A stretch of DNA of 64,000 bases, from NCBI GenBank assembly GCA_002633005.1, contig NMRA01000144.1, positions 442,924 to 506,923 on the forward strand, in the 5' to 3' direction. The translations under genes and the position numbers were made by a program. Positions 20,046 through 32,000 of this stretch are shown here, in pieces (positions within the stretch are counted from its first letter, which is position 1; the number at the start of each line of letters is the position of its first letter). The stretch comes from Phoronis australis (taxonomy: Eukaryota; Animalia; Phoronida). The notes beneath the pieces are model-generated. The model had not been told where the DNA came from, did no database searches, and saw only the letters and a program-made list of their open reading frames with translations.

Positions 20046-23000
20046 ATGGTGGCCGTGTCCACGGTGACGATGACTGTACCAAAGCCTCCACAACACGCAC
20101 ACATCCCAGACATCCCGCGAGACAGTAACCTTGCATTTGAGAGCCTTCTTCTCGCATTTAGTGTCTGCTGCATGGGACTTCAGTATCTGAACTTGTATAG
20201 AACAGTCTGGTGGTTACCTCAGTCACACATCAATTATGCAGTGGTTAGTAAAGGAAGGCTTAAAAACAGAATGTCATGCTGCACTAGAACTTGATGCTTA
20301 GCTTGTCAGCAAGTCGCATTTGGAGACTTGACGAAAATCCCGGGTCATCCAATGAAATCTCTAGTTGACTAAAAAGGGAAAAAAGTTGTTCCATACTCTG
20401 TTCTCAAAAACTTTTTGCGCACCTCTTTAAGTCCTCTCCTGAAAAAATATGCTCCAGCCAATCTCAACTCCTGCCAGTAATCATAGAACGCAAACTATGG
20501 CATACACTGGAGGTGCAGACGTTTCACCGATCTTGCCCAATTTTCCGTCTGTTTGTTTTCTGTTGTGATTTAATGGCATATTTGATGTGTGCTGACTGCT
20601 GAGGATGGCAAATGCACTGATTTCACGAAATGAACAGAAGAATTGTGAATCTAAGCTATTGTATCTAGGAAAATTGTTAGTAATTTAAAGTTTGGAAGTT
20701 ACCACAAACTTTGAAACGAATTATTGTTGACTTTCATACTCGCTGTGGCTGCTTTTGTGATGTCTTTGGTTTTTTACCTGGTCACCAAGTACAATCAGAG
20801 TTAGCATTGCGACCTGCAGGTCACCAAATCGAGTACTGTGCGCTGTAGAGGGCGCTGTGCTCTGGTAAGAATTTGAGGCTCACTTGAATAGCATCACTTT
20901 TGGATCTCTGATTTGTAAAGGCACAAGAACAGGGTGTCATACTGGACTGTAGAGGGTGTCATGCTCTGGTAAAAATTTGGTGCTTTCTTTTGAATAACAC
21001 GGTTAGTGTACCACTGATTTCCGTGACACCAATGCAGTCTCACAAGGAGAATTATTGTAACTCTGTGTGCCATCATAAGAAGTGACTCGATTGAATTTGC
21101 ACACAAGACTGTGTTGCAATTGTTTTAGTAATCACTTGTCTGTACTGTGTCCTTGGTTCAGTGTGGGTTTGTTGCATTGGAAATCTCATGCCTTGAATGG
21201 CTGTATGGTAGCCTGTCCTTGCACTTGATTTAACCTTTGTTTAGGTCAGTTTGTAAGTGTATTAACTCTAACTTTTGGATTTCAGTTGTATCATGGTACC
21301 TACAGTTTAGTTTCTTGTTTTCTGAATCGTCCTGCTGAATCCTTAAATGGGAATGACATATACCTATTTGCACCATCGTCTGTTTCGGCTACGTCATTGA
21401 GGTTTTTTGTCTTGATCAGCAATTTACATGGTTTACATGTTTCTTATCTTAGTGTTTGTCAAAATGTTCTCCTTTGCCTCTGAAGTAAAGTATTTCCCAA
21501 CAGTGCCAGGTCACTGGTGGCAGGTGCTAATGTCTCTGTTCTGGTGCTGAATGAAGGTCATTAGTTCGGACAATGACTATCATTAATGCCTAGACCCATT
21601 GCTCATCCTGTTTTGTTGTAGCCCTGAGCATGCTGCGTATCACCAGAGGTTTTATAGGAGTTCATATTTGTTTCAGAATTTTCACTTGATAGACTACAAT
21701 CTCATCATCTTCTTGGTTGTTCTTCTGAGTCGGCGACTGGTGTGGTGCTTAATAAAAGAGGTGGGTGCAGCATTTCTTGTCTACTTTATAACTGGCTGAA
21801 TAACTTGTCTCGTCGTGTGTTGTTGATTTCTCAAAAATCTACTTTGTCGTGACCTGCTCCGCATCTCTGATGAGATGGCAAGAGGATGTTTTGCTACCGT
21901 TTGTTTAGTGATTGATGAGAGCAGTGGTAGTCTTTTCATATGTTCTTGTCTTTTGTAGGCTTTTGCGTCTCCCCCAGCAAAAACCATGCGTTACTGGACC
22001 TTACAGTCATGCAAGCTTTTAGTCTTCTTCGTGTTTGCTAGCACTCTGTCTTGGACCTCTTACAAAGTTGTCATCAAGTATTCTATTAAACAACTCATGT
22101 TCCTGTGTTATCCGTAAGTTATTGGTAAATTACTGCCAGCTAAATATTAAAAGTATTAAAATTGTACCCTTTAAGAAATACCAGTAGGCTGGTGCGAGAA
22201 TGTGTGGNTTCTCAGAAACTTCTGCGCACCTCTTTAAGTCCTCCCCTGAAAAAAATATGCTCCAGTCAATCTCAACTCCTGCCAGTAATCATAGAGCGCA
22301 AACTATGGCATACACTGGAGGTGCAGACGTTTCACCGATCTTGCCCAATTTTCCGTCTGTTTTCTGTTGTGATTTAATGGCATATTTGATGTGTGCTGAC
22401 TGCTGAGGATGGCAAATGCACTGATTTCACGAAATGAACAGAAGAATTGTGAATCTAAGCCATTATATCTCTAGGGAAAATTTAAAGTTTGGAAGTTACC
22501 ACAAACTTTGAAACGAATTCCAGGGGAATTATTGTTGACTTTCATACTCGCTGTTGCTATTTTGTGATGTCTTTGGTTTTTTACCTGGTCACCAAACCCA
22601 ATCTGAGTTAGCATTGCGACCTGCACTGTAGAGGGCGCTGTGCTCTGGTAAGAATTTGAGGCTAACTTGAATAGCATCACTTTTGGATCTCTGATTTGTA
22701 AAGGCACAAGAACAGGGTGTCATACTGGACTGTAGAGGGTGTCATGCTCTGGTAAAAATTTGGTGCTTTCTTTTGAATAACACGGTTATTGTACCACTGA
22801 TTTCCGTGACACCAGTGCAGTCTCACAACCTTTGTTTAGGTCAGTTTGTAAGTGTATTAACTCTAACTTTTGGATTTCAGTTGTATCATGGTACCTACAG
22901 TTTGGTTTCTTGTTTTCTGAATCGTCCTGCTGAATCCTTAAATGGGAATGACATATACCTATTTGTACCATCGTCTGTTTCGGCTACGTCGTTGAGGTTT

Positions 23001-26000
23001 TTAGTCTTGATCAGCAATTTACATGGTTTACATGTTTCTTATCTTAGTGTTTGTCAAAATGTTCTCCTTTGCCTCTGAAGTAAAGTATTTCCCAACAGTG
23101 CCAGGTCACAGGTGGCAGGTGCAAATGTCTCTGTTCTGGTGCTGAATGAAGGTGATTAGTTCGGACAATGACAATCATTAATGCTTAGATCCATTGCTCA
23201 TCATTCTGTTTTGTTGTAGCCCTGAGCATGCTGCGTATCACCAGAGGTTTTATAGGTCGGAGTTCATATTTGTTTCAGAATTTTCATTTGATAGACTACA
23301 ATCTCATCATCTTCTTGGTTGTTCTTCTGAGTCGGCGACTGGTGTGGTGCTTAATAAAAGAGGTGGGTGCAGCATTTCTTGTCTACTTTATAACTGGCTG
23401 AATAACTTGTCTCGTCGTGTGTTGTTGATTTCTCAAAAATCTACTTTGTCATAGCCTGCTCTGCATCTCTCATGAGATGGCAAGAAAATGTTTTGCTGCT
23501 GTATGTTTTGTGATTGATGAGAGCAGTGGTAGTGTTTTCATATGTTCTTGTCTTTTGTAGGCTTTTGCGTCTCCCCCAGCAAAAACCATGCGTTACTGGA
23601 CCTTACAGTCATGCAAGCTTTTAGTCTTCTTCGTGTTTGCTAGCACTCTGTCTTGGACCTCTTACAAAGTTGTCATCAAGTATTCTATTAAACAACTCAT
23701 GTTCCTGTGTTATCCGTAAGTTATTGGTAAATTACTGTCAGCTAAATATTAAAAGTATTAAAATTGTACCCTTTAAGAAATACCAGTAGGCTGGTGCGAG
23801 AATGTGTGGTAATTAATGAACTACTAAAAAAATATGTGTACGGTTCGTTTTTTGCTCCCTTGAGTTTTCCATGACAGTTGTTCATGGTGGAGCTCAGAAA
23901 AATATTGCTGTCTCGGGTGTGATTTTACTTTAAGTTAGTTTCAAGTTGGGTTTCCAAAAGCACCTTCAATACCTTATATGGCAGTACTTAGCCCCAGATG
24001 CCTATATTGTTTCAAAGAAAATATTTTACCCAAGTGGATCATGTATAAGTTTATGTGCATATCCTTCACTTATAGCTGTGTGCATGTGTTAAACTGTTTT
24101 TTGGTATCATTATTCCACTTTTAATAGTACTTTTCGATAAATAGTTTAATGATTAATGAAATAATATGTCAACATCAACGGTTTTGTAGCAGATAGTCAA
24201 ACGTCACCCGTGTGCTATTATAAATTTTATTCCTTAGGTTTGGTCTAGTGTTTTGTAGACACCTGCGCAAAATTTCGGATATAGGTGCATCTTGGCATGT
24301 AGGCGGATGGGTCTAAACACTAATAATGACACGTACCTGTGTATTTACCAAAATCTTTTCACGTCTTTCAGGCTTGTTACTTATGTTATTTTATTTGGTC
24401 CGAGTATGCGGCCAATGCTTGACCAGTCTCAGGTGTGGCCAGCAAGAGAGTGTGAGGCCCCCAAGGAAGGAAGTCCATCCAAGATCAAACCAAGAGATCA
24501 GCAGTCTCTTCTCTGTCATAACTGTTCGTCTTCACCCGAAGACACTCGTGACGAAGTGGAAGGGCTAAAGAAAGACTTCAACAGTCGCCTGAAGCAGATT
24601 CTGTTCAACTCTATGTTCTATGCCTATTACATGGCCCTTATACCTGTCTGCTTTGCGCAGGTGAGTGGAGCGTGTGTTGATACGGTCATTTTTTCCATTA
24701 GTTGTGCATAGATGGATTCTAGACTGACTGTAATGAATTGATGTGTAAGTGCATTGCCTATAATGGGAAAGATGACTTTAATCTGTTGACGTTGATTCTA
24801 GGCTGTCCTTTTCGCGCATTGTGTAAGAGCATTTCATTGTCATTTCATGGTGTCATCATTTGAAGTTAAATCTTAAGTTAGTTTGTAGTTGGTTGATGTT
24901 GGTGATATGTTGAGATTACACCAGAAAGCCCAATAAGCAACACCCTTTCAGCGTGTCAGTTGTATGGATTCAGGGTTCAGTGGAAATTCTTGTTTTGTCT
25001 TATATGAGTGAATTTTGAAAGAGCCCCCGCCAACATCAAGCGCTGTGTGGGCTCTTCCCAAAACAAGGACCAAAAAGCTCCCTAGCACTGGGACTCTTTT
25101 AAGACCAATTTACATTTGTATCATGGGACATTGGTATGGAAAAGTGGCAAAATGTTGTTATTTTCCAATTTTGGTCCTTTAAAGGGCTGTAAATATATTG
25201 CAAGTTAATGGATAACTGATCACCTTAAAGGCTTCTCTTTAGTAGTCAAAGTTTTGCTTAATAAGTGGCGCTTGGCTTATATTTCAAGTCGACCAAATTT
25301 AAATCTATGGAGAAACAAATCACCGTCTCTGATGCCACTATCATTGAGCTGAATTTTCTAATCTCAAGTGCAGTCAACTTAGTACCTCCTCTTACAGTAC
25401 TGTTGAAACCCCTGCCAATGAGGGCGCTATGGTAACCAATGCAAATTTCCGAAAGAGCCGCCAGGGGATTTTTGTAAGGGAAATTGAGTATTTCCGAAAG
25501 AGTTCCCTGGTGGCACTTTCAGAAATCTGTGGTGAACATTTTGTTTTCCCATCACTTGCAATGATAGTTGTTTTCCCCCATATCTTCTCACACTTGGTGC
25601 TTGAAACACATGTCACAATTCACATGCTTTTATGTATAGTTTGGCCAGGTGCCACTCTAGTTTTTCTAGGCACGCTTCTGCTTTTCAAAAAAACCAATAA
25701 CACAAGTCTTTTCTACTGTCTCGCACTTTCTCGCCCTTTTTTCTTTGTGCATTGTTCCAGCAACTTTGCAACCTGAAAGTGCAAGCATGCACATGACCAC
25801 TGCGGCACTATTTTGGACAACATGCTAACAGTGCACCTCTAAAATTATCTGAAAAAGTGATCCAGAGTTCCCTGTCAGGATGATCGAACGCAAGGGTAAT
25901 TTCTAATCGTGATGACTGAGTGCAAACATAATTCACCATTAGAGTAGCTGGTGTGACCCAGGGAAACAATATATTGCCTGACTGCCTTTGGTGTGTTCTG

Positions 26001-29000
26001 TATCTAGTATGTGCATCACTATTTTTGGAAAAAGCCTTAGTGGGATGAGGACAAAAACTGCCTATTTTGCACTTATTGCCACCTCAATATTGCAGTGACT
26101 GAATGCAGCATTTTCTTTGTTGTTTTTCATCAACAGGTGGCAGCGCATCACATGTTACCCTCTTTGGTAGCAGGAGTCGTTGCTTCCTTGTACCAGGATG
26201 TATGACCATTCACTTGGTCTACGGGACAGAGCAGTGCCCTTTAATGGGGCCAGTTCATCATTGAAACCCTTCACATTATTTATCAAAAATAGCTAACATT
26301 TTGCAAGTCCAAGTTTTTAGAAAAAAAGTATTATGAAGCCACATTTTTGTTACTAGTGATAGTCATGGCTGTGGTGAATGTTGTGTGGGTGATGTCTGAG
26401 AAAGCCATTTGACATGGGTTGATGTCCAATTCTACTGACAGTATGCCTCATCTAAAAATAGGGAGAGTACATCCATTCAAACTCATGTCTTCCAAGCAAA
26501 TTTATATAAAGCAGTAATATATAGAGGTGGGATCTATTTCAAAACTTATCCATATCCTCAAAATTACCAGGCATGAATCCAGAGAGGACCTGGGAGGTTT
26601 CCCATTGATACTTGTTCTAATGGAAAAATCTGAAACCCATAGTTGGATGTGTCTGAAGTCAAGACCCTGAATCCCTGTCTGCATAGATCTTAAGCACTTT
26701 TGTGATGCAATTTTTATGATAATATCAAGGAGGTAGGTAGCCTGCATTGACCTCTTTGTTGAAAAATCACCATTTTTTGTTCTTAGAACTGTTCTATCAC
26801 TGTAGAGAAATCATTCAGTGGGTCTGGTTAAATACTTTGAGTGCACCAGAGAAACCTGTGACTGTGTGGCTTTCTTTAAATCCTGCAGTTGGTGGGTGCC
26901 TTGAAATCCTGTGGCTGGTGGGTTCCTGTAAATTATGAGGTTGATGGGTGCCTTTAAATCTTGTGGCTGGTCAATGCGTTTAAACCATGTGGCTGGCGGG
27001 TTCCTTTAAATGTTGGGGTTGATGGGTGCCTTTAAATCCTGCAGATGGTGGTTGCCTTAAAATCCTGTTGTTGGCCGTTGCCTTTAAAACATGTGGTTGA
27101 CGTGTTCCTTTAAATGCTGTGATTGGTGGGTGCCATTAAATCTTGTTTTTGGTGGGTGCCTTCAAAACATGGCCGGTGGGTTCCTTTAAATGCTGTGGAT
27201 GGTGGGTGCCTTTGTATCCTGCAGTTGGTGGGAGTCTTTAAACCCTGTGACTGGCGTATGCCTTTAAATCCTGTGGCTATTAGGTGTCTTTAAATCTTCC
27301 GAGAGATGAAACTGAGCTAACGGCCATGATAGTAATAAATCCTGTACCTGGGCCTTCAGTCACTGCCCTGTATACTGCAACACCCAACCTGTGCCTTCAG
27401 TCACTGCCCTGTGTACTGCAACACCCAACCTGGGCCTTCAGTCACTGCCCTGTATACTGCAACACCCAATCTGGGCCTTCAGTCACTGCCCTGTATACTG
27501 CAACACCCAACCTGGGCCTTTAGTCACTGCCCTGTATACTGCAACACCCAACCTGGGCCTTCAGTCACTGCCCTGTGTACTGCAACACCCAATCTGATCT
27601 CACTGGATTTACCCACAATGGTGCATATCTGTAGTCACTTGACATGAAAACTAGTTTGCCATTTGTCTGTCTGATGCCCGTAAAGTTTTTTGTTGCATAC
27701 TAGTAGTGAGTTGCAATGCAGACATAAAAATTTGAAAAGTTGAGTAAGGTGTGATAAATTGTTCTTTAGTTGTCCCACTCAGCTCAGAAGTTTGTTGTGG
27801 GCCATGTATACGAAGTCATTCATACGTTACATTTTTCCTTCCTCCATAAAGGTGGAAGTTTTAATCTGGGCTGTGGGCATTGTGTGATCAGAAAATCTGG
27901 TGTGAGTGCTATTCAACGCTACTAGGTCCAAGTGAAGTGTTCAGCCGTAGTGGTTACAGAGTATGCCTTTGCATTTTAAGCTCTGGCCTGCAATGTTTCT
28001 GGGTCTGGCCTGCAATGTTTCTGGGTCTGGCCTGCAATGTTTCTGGGTCTGGCCCCGTGTTCTCTGGACTCATCAGTACTAACAGCTATTAGTATTTAGG
28101 ATTCTGCCACTGAATTGATTCTCTCTATGCTCAGCCTTTCTCTTGTCACTGTAGCACATCTCATAGTACTAAATGCATTCATATTAAGTAACTTGCAGTC
28201 ACCGGTGCTGCACTCTGCAGCAGATGTAACCATTTCTTATCTAGCGTTGCACAGGTCTCACGTTTGCAAAGTATCCTCCACTCTCTTTTTGCTGCACAAT
28301 TCACCAAAACAGATGTACTCAGGCATTCATTTGTTAAGACCATTGCTGGCCCATTTTGGTAGAACTAATTGTTGTTTTCTAATTTTAGCAAATTGATAAT
28401 TACCCGTGCCCCTCCTGCTGGGTAAGTGCCTACGGGGACAGTGTCCGAGATTTTTTTTCAAACCTTTTGCTCTTACTCTTTTGTGTCTAAATGCTCTTGT
28501 TTCTTCCTTGAAGCCCTACTGTACCTATGTTGATTTAAAGGAAAATGCCACCCGATTTAATTAGTCTTTTTTACCGTCTTAATCGGTCTATATCCACATC
28601 GCCTCTTATACGGTGGACCTCACCTTGCCGAGAGGTATCACGTTAACCTGTGAGGATGGTGAGAAACGACGCAGCGACGTCAGTGGTTCGTCTGCAGAGT
28701 GAATGCCGCTATATCGTGGTGCATTGTTCCCACTTGTCCGAACTATGAAGCTGCAAAGAAAGCCGGTGTATTATTTTTTCGACTTCCTCAAGAGCCCAAA
28801 ATGCTTAGGAAGTGGCACGTGGTAGTGAACAATGAAAGGTACGCTGTTGATAGCAAGTATGAGGCCGTAAAACATCTCGGTGTCTGTGACCGGCATTTCG
28901 TCGACTGTGATTTCTCTGACGAATTTCGGCTTACCATAGAACTATCCACTTTTCGTTGCCTGTGCATCTTCACAGCGCCTCTCTAGTATTTCTTGATCAG

Positions 29001-32000
29001 TGTATTCCGGTTCGAACTGATACCCTGTGAAACCTAACAATCCGACCCGTGAAGTCTTCATCGGATGAGCTCTTGACTAAGTCGGGATTGGCACCGGGCG
29101 AGTTGCCATGTAGATGTTTATTATTCTGCATTCTGTTTCAAAATGAATTATTCTCATCTTAACCAATGCTTATATAAAACTGAAACAAAGTCTGTCTCAT
29201 TAGATACAATTTGTAATGCCTTGGAGTATTTGTGAGTGCAAATGTTGAGAAGCCAGCAATGTGTTACCGGCTTTTGATGCTGGCAATAAAGGTAATTGAC
29301 CGGGCACCGAGGCCGTGTGAGCACTTGCTAATTCAGTGTTTGCTGACATAAAGCTGTTGTGACACAATTACATGATTTTTTATGCCATGGTCACATGTTA
29401 GGGGACTCTTTATTCAAATAATTCCCCCGACAAGTAAGTAGATTTTCAGTTTCACGGCTAATTCACATAAATGATTATAATACATGCACATTATTTCTTT
29501 GGCTCACTATTATAGTCTTTTCGTGACTGGAGGTTTAGTTTCCAACTCAAGCTGGTTTATGATCGTGCCAGTCCCAGCGGCCGCGACGGGCCCTGATCGG
29601 GTTCCGAGCCACTGGCCACGATAACAAGCATTTTGTGTGTTTAGAACTCAAAAATCACAAGACTAAACAACACAGATCTAAGTTCTCCTGTCTGTATTTA
29701 ACGTAAGAATACTTCAAATTTATCTCTGAGCAGACCCTAATCTCCTGCTACGCCACCTTGGTAAATTGGCCTGCCGAACTTTGTGGGCTACGGTGTGTCC
29801 AAATACCTATAAAACCGTAACAGCGAAATAAAACAACACGTTTTTATAAGAACTCTTTTTTTTGAAGGGTTTTACATCGAAATTTGATGATTTATTGTTG
29901 TTAAACGATTAATTCAAGCGATAAGCTGACACCAGTAACCCGTGTTGTGAACTGCTGCACAGACTGCGTGTGAAACCATTGACGTCAATGGATAATTTCA
30001 ACACCTCCATCTGCCGTTAGGGGTCAGGTAACGCAACCGAACATGCCGTTATCGAGTAGAATTACTCAATCTAAATTGATACAAAATAGGTTGTTTTTTG
30101 GGTGGCATTCTCCTTTAATTAAAGCTGGTCTGTTACAGACTAATGTACTAACAATAACATGAGTTTTTTCTTATTTAAGGTTATGTAGAACCTTATAAAT
30201 GAGGGTACTTAACCTAATATCTATAAAAGTTAACTTAGTGAAGGTATGCAATTTCTGAAAGTAGAAAGCAAGTAGATTTAATATAAATTTAGGTTCTTGA
30301 TGTTTCTGGATAAAAAACTTTTTGATTAAGTCCATGCATAGCAAGAGTTATAATTAATGTAGCTGTTTTCGTTTAAAAATCTTTCTTGGATCTTTCACGG
30401 GGGGACAGTTCTCCAAGGAAGGGGAATTTGTGCCATCTAAGGTGATGTCTTTAGTTTATATCAAATTTTAATTGGTAAAGTTTCAAATATCTGAGAATTA
30501 GCTGTTTAATAATACTGATTTCAAAAAATTGTTAGCTCTTAAAACAGAGCAGATAGGCAAAGATTGGTTTTTAATTTTAATGACTTTTGTGACTTCCAAA
30601 GGGTTTGACCCAAATATACTGACTTTGTTGCTATATTGTTACATTTCTATTAATTATTGGATTGGACCTGAGTAATTAATTCACTTTAGAGGACGGCACA
30701 TCCTAATCAAGCCTGTATTCTGGAAGATTTTCTACAAACTACGCTTAACCTTGGCTGAACTATCAAAGTTGTCTTACTATTATCTGTCGAGTCTAGATGG
30801 GCACCTTTGGAGCCAGTTGAAGTCTTTAAATCCTTCCAACCCCAACAAATAATCCTGCAATCAACATTAAATTTGTTTTTGAATACCCCTTTGTTCTATT
30901 AACGAAATTGAAGACTGAATGCCTTGTAGTCTATGCGCTCAAGATCAAACGGAAATGTACAAATGGTCATGGGGAGGTCACCGGTCTTTCAGCCATGCCA
31001 AGTGGAGGCAGTGCAGACAGGGGTCAGGACCTTTCTGTATTTTTTAAGTCTAAAAGACTAAGGTGCTGTATTAACTGTACTGAGGGGGGACAGAAAGCTG
31101 TTGACCTTCACCAGTTTGAGTGGGCTCCTGGAATAGCTAACAAATCACATAATATTTCACACGGAACCATTGTTTCAGTGCCACCTTGTGAATCTGAGCT
31201 CCTCATTGTCTTCAAAGCATAGAGAATAGTCTACAGCATGAAGTGAATGTTGTTTCATGGTGTACTTGCCCATAAAAGATTTGAGCGTCATGGTTACAGC
31301 TGTACTAATACCTCACTAATATTTTTTGAAATGACGACTTTCAGGTTTTGGTGTTCTCATCATTGTGCCTTGAGAGATGAAAACCCTTATTAACAATACA
31401 AAAAGTAATCTTTGATAAATTGTTTAAACAATTTAGTTCATCTACATGCATCTTCAGGCTCCAAATACAGAGTGAATATTTGAATTGATTTTACAGTTTT
31501 CCCATGTTATTAACTTAATTGGTGTTTTTCAAAGTTTCTCTCATTGTAAAATCTTGTGTGCTTTCTATCCATGATTTTTAGTTGAGTGTTTTTCAGCGTT
31601 TTTACCTTTTGGTGTGATTTAGTATTTTTGGTGTTTTGTGTGATTTGTTCCCCTTATTAAAATAGTGATGTTTAATATCTTTAATCACAACATGCTTTCA
31701 TCACGTGGTAATTATCACACATGGTATGCAAGATTTCCGCAAGTCTAGTCAAACAACACAGGTTTGGTGTAAATATTTAGTCGTCTGCCCACAGATGGTG
31801 GTCACCGTATTAGTTTCACTAGAAGTTTTCCTCCCATGGATCAATAGTTGAATGTTTGGGCGAAATTGTTTCCAAGTCACGACCTCCACCAACTTTTCAG
31901 ATTATAAAAGGACACTGTATGTCACAGAATTGTACAATGCCCTATCTGATTATTGGTTTTTATCCACAATGCTGCACACTGCTGCTACAATAATATCATT

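Noticed and set aside
27284-27647. Three overlapping repetitive ORFs or a CRISPR-like array
   Set aside because: A pure 41-bp tandem repeat with no unique spacers, inside a eukaryotic intron.
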